34,722 nt of DNA from an uncultured virus (IMG/VR IMGVR_UViG_3300031992_002320) (Duplodnaviria; Heunggongvirae; Uroviricota; Caudoviricetes), in the IMG/VR virus record IMGVR_UViG_3300031992_002320; one strand, given 5' to 3'. This document shows positions 14,254 through 23,564 of the stretch, piece after piece (within the stretch, counting starts at the first letter, position 1; the number at the start of each line of letters is the position of its first letter). Position numbers and translations under genes: made by a program. The notes below the pieces were generated by a model, which saw nothing but the letters and a program-made list of their open reading frames with translations, was not told the DNA's origin and did not search any database.

Positions 14254-15357
14254 ATGGCTCTTACAAATAATAATCTTGAGTTGATCAAGGCAATAGCGAA
14301 AAACGATATACACGGAGCGAGATTGGCGGCTTTGGCATCTCTCGCGGAAGATACGTCAAAGAAAAATGCCGACATGGTGAAGTATTATCGTAAGCTTCTT
14401 GTTGGTAATGCGAGTATTCTTATGTCTAATCTGCCGAGCGATATGCAGACATTCCTTGTTGGAAGTTCTCCCGGTGGATTCAAGGCGGATCGCTATTATG
14501 TCAGAGAGAGTGAATCTGCGATTGTTGATGACATTGTGAAAATGAAGTGTGTTGCTGATGAGATGTCGCTTCGTGGTATTCCGTATAAGAATACCACGCT
14601 TTTATACGGAGGATCTGGAACGGGTAAAACAGAGTTGGGTAAGTATATAGCCTACAGGCTCAACTTGCCGTTCTTTTATATATCGTTTTCGTCTATGATC
14701 GATTCGTATATGGGGGGCACTGCAAAGAATATTCATAAGGTGTTTGAGTTTTGCAATGCCATTCCGTGTGTGCTGATGCTCGATGAGGTTGATTGTGTGG
14801 CCACAAAGCGAAGCTCTGGTGGTGGTAAGGGAGCGGATGGTGAGTTGGAGAGGACAACGATCTCTATTATGCAGGAACTCGATAGGTTGCCTAATCATGT
14901 GGTGTTGATTGCGGCCACGAACCGTCTTGATATCGTGGATGAGGCTCTTATGAGGAGGCTCTCGATAAAGCATGAAGTTAAGGATATGACCACGGTAGAG
15001 CTTGATGCTATGATACGGCAGTATATCAAGGCGACTGATACAGAAAAGTACGTGGATGAGAATACCATCGCTGAGCTTACTACGACATATTCGAATCCGG
15101 GGCAGGTGATGCCGGAACTTATCAAGGTTATAGGTAAGGCCATCTTCGAGGAGAAGAAAGATGCAATAATGTCTGATGATGATATGGGTGAGACTACTGG
15201 TGTGTGGGAAGTGACGTATACTTGGAAATCCAATGTGGCTGCCGAGACAGAGGAAGATGCAATATCAATAGCAAGGCATGATCGGAGTAGTTACATGACA
15301 AAGGGTTTTACGGAAGAGTATTCGGCTAAAAAAGCAGACTTCTTGTATCCGGGTTGA
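14254..15357 (+). CDS. AAA+ ATPase (classical AAA clade)
   Basis: Walker A GGSGTGKT, Walker B LMLDEVD, SRH IAATNRLDIVDEALMRR; AAGGAG RBS before ATG 14254. Confidence 0.9.
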   Translation: MALTNNNLELIKAIAKNDIHGARLAALASLAEDTSKKNADMVKYYRKLLVGNASILMSNLPSDMQTFLVGSSPGGFKADRYYVRESESAIVDDIVKMKCVADEMSLRGIPYKNTTLLYGGSGTGKTELGKYIAYRLNLPFFYISFSSMIDSYMGGTAKNIHKVFEFCNAIPCVLMLDEVDCVATKRSSGGGKGADGELERTTISIMQELDRLPNHVVLIAATNRLDIVDEALMRRLSIKHEVKDMTTVELDAMIRQYIKATDTEKYVDENTIAELTTTYSNPGQVMPELIKVIGKAIFEEKKDAIMSDDDMGETTGVWEVTYTWKSNVAAETEEDAISIARHDRSSYMTKGFTEEYSAKKADFLYPG

Positions 15358-15377
15358 GTTCCATCCATTGTGTTGTT

Positions 15378-15449
15378 ATCCGCTTGGTGTAACTGGCAGC
15401 ACGGCGGTCTCCAAAACCGCAGGTAGAGGTTCGAGTCCTTTAGTGGGTG
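15378..15449 (+). tRNA. tRNA-Trp(CCA)
   Basis: Acceptor ATCCGCT/AGTGGGT; GCGGT-CTCCAAA-ACCGC. Confidence 0.92.
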
Positions 15450-15453
15450 TTAG

Positions 15454-15542
15454 GGCGGTGTAAGCCTAATGGTAAGGCAGCGGTTTGCTAAACCGTGAGT
15501 AGGCGTTTGGTCGCTGTGGTGGTTCAAGTCCACTCGCCGTCG
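15454..15542 (+). tRNA. tRNA-Ser(GCT)
   Basis: Acceptor GGCGGTG/CGCCGTC; GCGGT-TTGCTAA-ACCGT; long variable arm; G discriminator. Confidence 0.9.
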
Positions 15543-15672
15543 TTTTTATTGGGAGTCCAAGGAGGTGAATGATTCTGGTTCGGCTTGGTTTGGGCTCTTT
15601 TATATTTTTGGATGTGTTAACTTATCGGTGTCCTTTGGTATCGGTACCTTTCAGTTCAGTGAGGTGATTTTA

Positions 15673-16734
15673 GTGTTTAGTAGAAACATTGACTTGAAGA
15701 GGGTTATGTTGTATGGGGGCTTGAGTGATTCAGAATATACGGAGGTTCTGCCCGATATTGAGGAGCAGAATAGGCAGATTCTCTTGATGGCATCTTTGCT
15801 CGCGGTAGTTCTTATCGGGTGTATGTTTGTGATCTCGCTCTTTGTGGGTGAGTTTACTGGGGCTACGGTTGTGTATGGTTTTGGCTGCTTGGTATCGGTG
15901 TTGGTGTGGCTTCTGACGTGTTTTGTGGTGCCACGGCGTTTGGGGTTAACACATTTACTCACGGCGGTATGTGTTGAGGTATATCTCGTTTATGGAATTT
16001 TTGTGAGTGGTGTTGTGAATACGGATTTCCCGGCGGTCACCTTCGTGGTCATGGTGGTGTTCATGTCCTTGTTGTTTATTAAGCGGCCGGTGTTTCTAAT
16101 TCTTCAGGTTTTCTTGAGTTGTGCTTTCTACTCTGTTTTGATTTGTTACACGAAGTCTGATTCCACGATTCGTTTGGATCTGGTTAATGTTTTGATATTT
16201 TGGTTGTTGGCATGTGTATGGGGCAGTGTTAGTACCTGTCAGCGTATGCGTGCTGCGTATGTGCATAAAAAGTTATTTGAGTTTAATGAGGTGGATCAGT
16301 TAACTCGGTTGAAGAATCGGAACTGTTATGAGTTGAATCTCGGTGGTTATGCATCTATGTATCACAAGCGGATTTGTTGTGTTTATGTTGATGTGAATGG
16401 TTTGCATCAGCTTAATAATTCCAAGGGGCATGAGGCTGGTGATGAGATGCTTAAGTTCACGGCGGATAGGGTTATTCGTTATTTTGGTTTTGAGCATGCC
16501 TATCGTGTTGGTGGGGATGAGTATATAGTGTTTGTCTTGGACACTGCAACGGAGACCGTGTCTGGTTATGTGGCTGATATGATTGCGGAGGTTGAGGAGG
16601 CTGGTTATTCCTTGTCTGTTGGAATTAGTCATACAGATGGTGTGTGCAAGATCAAGGATTTGGTTCGTGAGGCGGAATCTAAGATGTTTCGGGCCAAGGA
16701 TGCGTATTACAAGAGGGTTGGTACTACGCGATAG
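15673..16734 (+). CDS. Membrane-bound GGDEF-domain diguanylate cyclase-like protein (GGDEY variant)
   Basis: About 6 TM helices, then DQLTRLKNR, DVNGLHQLNNSKGHEAGD, YRVGGDEY; GAGGTG RBS before GTG 15673. Confidence 0.9.
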   Translation: MFSRNIDLKRVMLYGGLSDSEYTEVLPDIEEQNRQILLMASLLAVVLIGCMFVISLFVGEFTGATVVYGFGCLVSVLVWLLTCFVVPRRLGLTHLLTAVCVEVYLVYGIFVSGVVNTDFPAVTFVVMVVFMSLLFIKRPVFLILQVFLSCAFYSVLICYTKSDSTIRLDLVNVLIFWLLACVWGSVSTCQRMRAAYVHKKLFEFNEVDQLTRLKNRNCYELNLGGYASMYHKRICCVYVDVNGLHQLNNSKGHEAGDEMLKFTADRVIRYFGFEHAYRVGGDEYIVFVLDTATETVSGYVADMIAEVEEAGYSLSVGISHTDGVCKIKDLVREAESKMFRAKDAYYKRVGTTR

Positions 16735-16767
16735 TTTGGTATATTTTATGTCTTTAGGAGTTTTGTG

Positions 16768-18015
16768 ATGGAAAAGAGAATGGTTGAGTTGTTTGCTGGT
16801 GTTGGTGGCTTCCGTCTTGGCCTTGACAGGCTTAAGTCTGGTTGGGATACTGTGTGGTTTTCGCAGTGGGAGCCGGGAGCGAAGAAGCAGTGGGCTCATG
16901 ATTGTTATGTAAGTCACTTTGGTGATTGCAAGGATTTGAAGGGTGAGTATCATACTGGGGAGGATATCTCCACGGTTGATAAGAATTCGATACCCGACCA
17001 TACCTTGCTTGTGGGTGGTTTCCCATGTCAAGACTATTCGATCATGAATCGTGGTCGAGAGGGTATGGTGGGCAAGAAGGGTGTTCTTTGGTGGCAGATT
17101 TATGCCATTCTCGAAGCCAAGAAGCCTGCCTTTTGTATGTTTGAGAATGTTGGGCCATTGCTTTCCATGCCCGTGAATCAGAAGGGGCGTGATTTCGCGA
17201 CTCTTTTGTGGTGTTTAAATAATCTTGGTTACTCTGCAGAGTGGAGACTTATCAATGCTGCGGAGTATGGTGGTTGTCAGAAGCGTCGCCGTGTGTTTAT
17301 CTTTGTGTGGCGTAATGATACCAACTATGGTGGTTCTGTTAAGCCGGTTGTATTTACGGATGCCTTTGGATTACTTACACAGGATTGTCTTATGCAGAAG
17401 GCGTTCCCCGGAGATTTGTCTGGTATGATTTATACTGGTGAGTTGCCGGCGGATGTCAATGACTTGCAGGACAGTTTTTCTTTTGATTTTCGTTCTTCAG
17501 GTGTCATGGTTGATGGGCTTTTCCATACTGTTGATGTGGACTGTTTTGGTGATATTCCTTGTGGTACGCTTGGCAGTGTTCTTGAGACTGGTGTGGCGGA
17601 GGAGTTCTTCATTGATGATCCTTTGAAGATTGATAAGTTGCGTTATTTCAAGTCTGCGAAGACTGTGGAGCGTAAGGCTAAGTATGGGCCTAATGATACC
17701 TATCTTTTCTCGGAGGGGAACATTCCGTTCCCGGATAGGTTGGATGCTCCATCTCGTACAATGATTACCTCCGAGGGTACATTCTCTCGCGAGAGTCATA
17801 TCGTTCTTGATCCCGAGAATTCTCGTTATCGTTTCATCACTCCTATTGAGGCTGAGAGGCTTCAGGGATTTGATGATGATTGGACTCATTATGCTGTGGG
17901 TGGTGTTGAGGTGCCCAAGCGTATGCGTTATTTCTTCATGGGTAATTCGTTGGTTGTTCCGATGATTACTCGTATGGGCAAGGTGCTGGATGAGATTATT
18001 TCTCATGAGGCTTGA
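16768..18015 (+). CDS. DNA (cytosine-5)-methyltransferase
   Basis: LFAGVGG, GGFPCQDYS, ENV, QKRRRVF and GNSLVVP motifs. Confidence 0.95.
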   Translation: MEKRMVELFAGVGGFRLGLDRLKSGWDTVWFSQWEPGAKKQWAHDCYVSHFGDCKDLKGEYHTGEDISTVDKNSIPDHTLLVGGFPCQDYSIMNRGREGMVGKKGVLWWQIYAILEAKKPAFCMFENVGPLLSMPVNQKGRDFATLLWCLNNLGYSAEWRLINAAEYGGCQKRRRVFIFVWRNDTNYGGSVKPVVFTDAFGLLTQDCLMQKAFPGDLSGMIYTGELPADVNDLQDSFSFDFRSSGVMVDGLFHTVDVDCFGDIPCGTLGSVLETGVAEEFFIDDPLKIDKLRYFKSAKTVERKAKYGPNDTYLFSEGNIPFPDRLDAPSRTMITSEGTFSRESHIVLDPENSRYRFITPIEAERLQGFDDDWTHYAVGGVEVPKRMRYFFMGNSLVVPMITRMGKVLDEIISHEA

Positions 18016-18033
18016 TTGTGGTGAGGTATATTT

Positions 18034-19083
18034 ATGGCTGACAGTAGCATTAAGGAGTGGGTGTCACAGGAGTGTCCTCAGTGTGGGGCGAGGCTCAAGG
18101 TAGCGCCGGGTGCCACTCATGCGAGGTGTGCTTATTGTGGTAATGAGATACACCTTGATAACAGTATCGTTGATTATCCCGGTTGTGTGGATTATGAGGG
18201 AGATCCCGATAGTGGTGTGGAGAAAACTGTAGTTGATAAGACATTTGGCAGGCGTGTGTTAATGCCTGTCATTGTTATCATCTTATCTATTTTCGGGGCT
18301 CTGTATGGCTTTGTGTTTGTTCTGCGGAGTGCCATCGAGGTTGTGGATGGTTCGGCATCACATTCTGTGGATACCTCTGTGGAGGTTGCGGAGGTTGTGG
18401 ATCCCTTTGAGCATATTGAGATGACCGTTACGGGTGTGTCGGGGTTTGGTTATGTTCAATTTGTGAATGATTGCCCCCATGATTGGGGTGTGAGCCTTGT
18501 TTCTTCGAGTTATGGTAGTGTTTCTAATGGTGATACCATAGTGGTAAAACTTACGCAGTCATCTTCTGGGGCCGAGAAATATGTCCTTACAACCAAGGAG
18601 CATGAGTATTTAATTGAGGGGTTGCCGGAGTATAGCAACGACTTGTCATCCTTGGATGATGAGGCTTTTGCAAATATTGTGGCGGTAGCTGCTGGGGAGA
18701 TTACCAACAGTAATTTAGCCTTTTATGGTTTCAGTGATTTCACTATGAGTGAGCCTCGTTATATTGGGTATATCGGTTTGGTCAAGTCAGATAAGTCTGA
18801 TAGCCGATTGATCATGGTGTTCGAGGTTGACACGGAGTGCAAGGGTGTCAGCAAGACTTTATATGTGCCGGTGTGTTTCAATGATTTCGTGTGTACCGAG
18901 GATGGTTATTATAGTCTTAGTTGGACTCCGTTGTTGTCATTCACGGGTAGTGCTACTTGTAAGTTGAATGATGATGTGTGGGATTCATGTGTGTATGGTT
19001 TTGAGAGTGCGGAGAGGCTTAGGGGTGCATTGATTATGAATATGCAGCTTGAGTGGGATGTGAATGATGCTCTGACATTTTAG
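18034..19083 (+). CDS. Zn-ribbon, single-TM membrane protein
   Basis: CPQCGA...CAYCG; one TM helix (VLMPVIVIILSIFGALYGFVFVL); large distal domain. Confidence 0.75.
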   Translation: MADSSIKEWVSQECPQCGARLKVAPGATHARCAYCGNEIHLDNSIVDYPGCVDYEGDPDSGVEKTVVDKTFGRRVLMPVIVIILSIFGALYGFVFVLRSAIEVVDGSASHSVDTSVEVAEVVDPFEHIEMTVTGVSGFGYVQFVNDCPHDWGVSLVSSSYGSVSNGDTIVVKLTQSSSGAEKYVLTTKEHEYLIEGLPEYSNDLSSLDDEAFANIVAVAAGEITNSNLAFYGFSDFTMSEPRYIGYIGLVKSDKSDSRLIMVFEVDTECKGVSKTLYVPVCFNDFVCTEDGYYSLSWTPLLSFTGSATCKLNDDVWDSCVYGFESAERLRGALIMNMQLEWDVNDALTF

Positions 19084-19096
19084 TGAGGTTGAGGAG

Positions 19097-20122
19097 TTGT
19101 ACAGGTTGCGTTGTATAGATTTATTTGCGGGCATAGGTGGAATACGGCTGGGTTTTGATCAGGCTTTTGATCATGAGTTGGATACGGTCTTTGTGTGCGA
19201 GAATAATGCCAAGGCTGTGAAGACCTATACTGCAAATTTCCATGATTCATTTGAGGTGGCTGGTGATATCCGTAAGGTTGATGAGAAGGATATTCCCCCT
19301 TTTGATATTTGTCTGGCGGGTTTCCCTTGTGTTGCGTTCTCGGCGTTGGGACATCGTTTAGGTTTCAAGGATCTTTATCATGGTGATAATCGTGGTATCC
19401 TTTTTATGGATGTAGTGCGCATCTGTGATTATCATAAGCCCAAGGTTATCTTCTGTGAGAATGTGAAGGCATTGCTCACGCATGATGATGGTCATACCTT
19501 TGCTGTTATACAAGAGGCTTTCGAGGCCTTGGGGTATAGGATGTTCTATCAGGTTCTTGATAGTGTTCATTATGGAGTTCCGCAGACGCGTTCGAGGGTG
19601 TATATGGTGTGTTTCAGAAATGACATTGCCCCGGATATGTTTGTTTTCCCGTCTGCGTTCGGTAAGCGCAAGTGTTTGAATGATATTCTTGAGGATGCTC
19701 CGATTTCATCCAAGTATTTCTTGTCACAGACCTATGTGGATTGTCTGAAGAGGCGCAAGGCTGAGCATGTAGCCAAGGGTAATGGTTTTGGTTATATTGT
19801 GAGGGACTTGAATAGTAATGCTGGTGCGCTGCTGTGTGGTGGCAACGGGCATGAGCATAATCTGATCGTAGATAAGCGTGGGATATCAGATGAGGGTGGT
19901 GTGGCATATAAGGGAGAGATGAACAGTGAATACTTACGCAAGATGACTCCGAGGGAGTGGATGCGTTTGCAAGGTTTCCCCGATGATTATAAAATCGTTG
20001 TTTCGGATACGGATATCTATAGGCAGTTAGGTAATTCCGTGACCGTACCCGTCATCCGTGCTATTGCGGAGTACATTAGAGATGTGTTGGTTACCCCATC
20101 TGGGGATTTTAATAATTTTTAG
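19097..20122 (+). CDS. DNA (cytosine-5)-methyltransferase
   Basis: LFAGIGG, AGFPC, ENV, PQTRSRVY and GNSVTVP motifs; TTG start. Confidence 0.95.
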   Translation: MYRLRCIDLFAGIGGIRLGFDQAFDHELDTVFVCENNAKAVKTYTANFHDSFEVAGDIRKVDEKDIPPFDICLAGFPCVAFSALGHRLGFKDLYHGDNRGILFMDVVRICDYHKPKVIFCENVKALLTHDDGHTFAVIQEAFEALGYRMFYQVLDSVHYGVPQTRSRVYMVCFRNDIAPDMFVFPSAFGKRKCLNDILEDAPISSKYFLSQTYVDCLKRRKAEHVAKGNGFGYIVRDLNSNAGALLCGGNGHEHNLIVDKRGISDEGGVAYKGEMNSEYLRKMTPREWMRLQGFPDDYKIVVSDTDIYRQLGNSVTVPVIRAIAEYIRDVLVTPSGDFNNF

Positions 20123-20133
20123 GAGGTTGATGT

Positions 20134-21327
20134 ATGTTAGACAATCGTATTTTTACTTCAGAATCAGTTACAGAGGGCCATCCGGATAAGGTGTGTGATA
20201 TTATCTCGGACACCATTCTTGATGCTTGTTTGGAGCAGGATCCTATGAGCCGTGTGGCGTGTGAGACTATGGCTTGTACAGGTTTCGTGGTAGTTACTGG
20301 TGAGATTACCACCAAGGCACAGCTCGATGTGCCGCAGCTTGTGCGTGATGCTGTCAAGGAGATTGGGTATGATGATTCTGCCCTTGGTTTTGATGGCAAC
20401 ACTTGTGCTGTGATGGTTGCTCTTGATAAGCAGTCCCCCGATATCGCTATGGGTGTTGATATGGCGTATGAGCACCGTCTGGGTGATAAGTTTGGTGATG
20501 ATCTCGACAGAGGTGCTGGTGATCAGGGCATGATGTTCGGTTATGCCACCAATGAGACTGAGGAGTATATGCCGCTTCCCATTTCCCTTGCCCATCGTTT
20601 GACGAGACGTCTTGCGGAGTTACGCAAGGAGGATATCCTTTGTTACCTTGGTCCTGATGGTAAGAGTCAGGTGTCCGTTGAGTATGATGAGAGTGGCAAG
20701 CCTAAGCGTATTGAGGCGGTTGTCATCTCTACACAGCATGCCGCTGGTGTTGATTATGATCTGCTTCGTGCTGACATCAGAGAGAAGGTCATCAATGCTG
20801 TTATTCCGGCGGAGATGATGGATAAGAACACCAAGATTTTCATCAACCCTACTGGTCGTTTTGTTATCGGTGGGCCACAGGGTGATGCTGGTCTTACTGG
20901 TCGTAAGATAATCGTTGATACTTATGGTGGTATGGCTCGTCACGGTGGTGGAGCTTTCTCTGGTAAGGACTGTACCAAGGTTGATCGTTCTGCGGCGTAT
21001 GCGGCGAGATATGTTGCGAAGAACATCGTAGCTGCTGGTCTTGCTGATAGATGTGAGATTCAGCTCTCTTATGCTATCGGTGTTGCGAATCCCACATCCA
21101 TCATGGTGGATACATTCGGTACTGGTGTTGTGGATGATCAGGTTCTTGTTAATGCCATTGGTAAGGTGTTTGATTTACGCCCCGGTGGAATCATCAAGAT
21201 GCTCGACCTCAGAAGACCTATCTATAAGCAGACTGCTGCCTATGGTCACTTTGGAAGAACTGATATTGATCTTCCTTGGGAGAGATGTGATAAGGTTGAT
21301 GAGTTACGCAAGGAGGTTGGTTGTTAA
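20134..21327 (+). CDS. metK: S-adenosylmethionine synthetase
   Basis: [43 protein letters not shown]. Confidence 0.98.
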   Translation: MLDNRIFTSESVTEGHPDKVCDIISDTILDACLEQDPMSRVACETMACTGFVVVTGEITTKAQLDVPQLVRDAVKEIGYDDSALGFDGNTCAVMVALDKQSPDIAMGVDMAYEHRLGDKFGDDLDRGAGDQGMMFGYATNETEEYMPLPISLAHRLTRRLAELRKEDILCYLGPDGKSQVSVEYDESGKPKRIEAVVISTQHAAGVDYDLLRADIREKVINAVIPAEMMDKNTKIFINPTGRFVIGGPQGDAGLTGRKIIVDTYGGMARHGGGAFSGKDCTKVDRSAAYAARYVAKNIVAAGLADRCEIQLSYAIGVANPTSIMVDTFGTGVVDDQVLVNAIGKVFDLRPGGIIKMLDLRRPIYKQTAAYGHFGRTDIDLPWERCDKVDELRKEVGC

Positions 21328-22037
21328 TGAACTGTGCGAAGTGTATTTATTGGAATCCCGATGATGACTGTTGTGATGCCTTCGAGTGCAATGGCACGGA
21401 GTGTGCGTCGCTACCGTGTGAGCAGCCGGATGGTTCTGTGATACCTGTGACCTCTTACATGATTACCATTCTTTGTGGTAAGTCTGCGAGTGGTAAGGAT
21501 ACGCTTCTGCGTGAGCTGGTTAAGCGAGGGGACTTTGTTCCCCTTGTGTCAACCACCACAAGGCCTCCGCGTGAGGGTGAGGTTGATGGTAAGGATTATT
21601 TCTTTGTCAGCCGTGAGGAGTTCGAGAAGCGTAAGGCCGAGGACAAGTTTGTAGAGGTGCGTTCTTACAACACTCTTGTTGGAGGGAAGAAGGATGTGTG
21701 GTTCTATGGGCTGGAGAAGCAGGAGCTTGAGGGGTGCAAGGACTATGTGGTCATCTTGGATCTGGGAGGTGCCGAGGAGTGTAGGCGTCACTACGGCAGG
21801 TCCAATACTCTCATCTTTTATGTGGATGCCCCGGATGCATTGAGAAGGGATCGTGCGGAGTCACGAGGATCATTTGATGCTACGGAGTGGAGTCGTAGGC
21901 TTCTCGACGATGATGTGGTTTTCTCGGATGAGCGTGTTATGGAGGTCTGTGATATGACTATCAATAATGTGGGTTCTGTGGAGACCTTGTTGAGTGGTTT
22001 TGATGATGCTTTCGAGCATTTCACTAATCGTAAGTGA
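21327..22037 (+). CDS. Guanylate kinase-like protein with an N-terminal Cys-rich extension
   Basis: GKSASGKD P-loop, TTTRPPREGEVDGKDYFFVS; TAATG overlap with metK. Confidence 0.85.
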   Translation: MNCAKCIYWNPDDDCCDAFECNGTECASLPCEQPDGSVIPVTSYMITILCGKSASGKDTLLRELVKRGDFVPLVSTTTRPPREGEVDGKDYFFVSREEFEKRKAEDKFVEVRSYNTLVGGKKDVWFYGLEKQELEGCKDYVVILDLGGAEECRRHYGRSNTLIFYVDAPDALRRDRAESRGSFDATEWSRRLLDDDVVFSDERVMEVCDMTINNVGSVETLLSGFDDAFEHFTNRK

Positions 22038-22065
22038 TGTGGATACAGGTCATGGAGAGGAGAGT

Positions 22066-22578
22066 ATGTTGTCAGTAATATTTGCAATACTTATATACTC
22101 GTTCATTCTGACCGTAGTAACGTTGTATAAGGATTCTTCAAGTTATTATTGTGTAGATGTTATTGACGTTGTTACAGCGGGTCCGGTATGTTGGGTGGTT
22201 GCTTTAATCTTTGCGGTATTAAAGCCGTTCCTTAAGAGCAGAACAGGTAAGGAAAAAGAGTATACGATAAAGTCATCTAAGTATATACAGAAAACGGTAA
22301 AGAAGATTGTTACCGTATACCGAAAGACCTTGCAAAGACGAGGATGGAAACCTGATTATATTGATTTCTCAATGTATCGTGGGGAATTTAATGTCAATGA
22401 TGTTGAAGGTTGGGATGTGCTTATGGTTAAAAGAGCCAGATATGAATTTCTGAATAACCGTTTTGAGAGCCTCATGTGGCATCAAAAAGAGGAGACCGTA
22501 GAGGAGTTAAAGAAATATTTTAGCGAAGCTACGGATTATGATGGATATCATAAGTCTCCGGTTTATGTGGTTAATTAG
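22066..22578 (+). CDS. Hypothetical membrane protein
   Basis: GAGGAG RBS; two N-terminal hydrophobic segments; A-rich. Confidence 0.65.
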   Translation: MLSVIFAILIYSFILTVVTLYKDSSSYYCVDVIDVVTAGPVCWVVALIFAVLKPFLKSRTGKEKEYTIKSSKYIQKTVKKIVTVYRKTLQRRGWKPDYIDFSMYRGEFNVNDVEGWDVLMVKRARYEFLNNRFESLMWHQKEETVEELKKYFSEATDYDGYHKSPVYVVN

Positions 22579-22603
22579 TCAAGGTTTATCATGGAGTAAT
22601 GGA

Positions 22604-22921
22604 ATGCTGATACTGCCGATCAAGAAAAAGTGGTTTGATATGATACTTTCCGGTGAGAAAAAGGAAGAATACCGGGAGATAAAGCCTTATTATCAGACAA
22701 GGTTTAAGAATGTGTTCGAGATGCATCCGTACTCATATATCCCTACAGGACTGGATACCCATGAAATCATGTTCCGCAATGGCTACAGTGCTGGTTCACC
22801 ATCCTTTATAGCAACCTGTAGCCTTGATATAAAGCAGGGCAGACCTGAATGGGGTGCTGAAATCGGTGTTGATTACTATGTGCTTACCATAGTGGGTATA
22901 AAGTCGACAGGAAATCATTGA
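22604..22921 (+). CDS. ASCH domain protein
   Basis: LPIKKKWFDMILSGEKKEEYRE (GxKxxExR) and FRNGY. Confidence 0.85.
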   Translation: MLILPIKKKWFDMILSGEKKEEYREIKPYYQTRFKNVFEMHPYSYIPTGLDTHEIMFRNGYSAGSPSFIATCSLDIKQGRPEWGAEIGVDYYVLTIVGIKSTGNH

Positions 22922-23029
22922 TGTATTCTTGCCTTTGGATTTAACTTAATGACATTGGGATTCCAATGGTGTGGTATTAGGGGGAGGCTTTGTGTGAGTG
23001 ATTGGGTTGAATACAGTCCCCTATATTTT

Positions 23030-23066
23030 AGGCTCTGTCTTGGGGGGTTCAAGGCGGGGCCTTTTT
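23030..23066 (+). terminator. Rho-independent terminator
   Basis: AGGCTCTGTCTTG/CAAGGCGGGGCCT stem followed by a T run. Confidence 0.7.
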
Positions 23067-23132
23067 GTATTTTTTGAGTTATGTAACTGTTGTGTATTTA
23101 TGTAAAGCGTGATTATTTGAGGAGGAATGGTT

Positions 23133-23237
23133 ATGCGTAAAGTTTGGCTTGTTCTTGCTGGTGTTACGATCCTTGGTTTGATTGGTGGTCTTGTTGGTTA
23201 TCTGCGGTCGGGTGACTATGCAAGGGTTGATATCTGA
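23133..23237 (+). CDS. 34-aa single-TM peptide (MRKVWLVLAGVTILGLIGGLVGYLRSGDYARVDI), not in the ORF track
   Basis: GAGGAGG RBS; basic N-terminus followed by a hydrophobic helix. Confidence 0.6.
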   Translation: MRKVWLVLAGVTILGLIGGLVGYLRSGDYARVDI

Positions 23238-23253
23238 TGTGGAGGTGTTGGTG

Positions 23254-23544
23254 ATGAAGAAGTCAGTTATGGTTGCAACTGTTGGGGTGGCATTGATGCT
23301 TTCTCTTACTGGTTGTCATGTGGGTGTTGAGGAGGCGGACACAGCGGCACAGTATGGTGTAGAGACCGTTGGTGTTGGTGTTGATGCCCTTAAGGATGGC
23401 GTTGAGGATGTGAAGAATGGTGTTGAGACCATTAAGGACGGTGTGGATACCATCCGTGATGGTGTTAATACTGTTCGTGATGGTGTTCAGGATGTGAAGG
23501 AAAGTGTTCAGGATACGAGGGACACTGTGGGTGGTTCTAATTAG
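23254..23544 (+). CDS. Small lipoprotein with heptad repeats
   Basis: MKK...LSLTG-C lipobox; repeats DGVEDVK/NGVETIK/DGVDTIR/DGVNTVR/DGVQDVK. Confidence 0.8.
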   Translation: MKKSVMVATVGVALMLSLTGCHVGVEEADTAAQYGVETVGVGVDALKDGVEDVKNGVETIKDGVDTIRDGVNTVRDGVQDVKESVQDTRDTVGGSN

Positions 23545-23564
23545 TTGGATAGTGAGGTGTTGGT

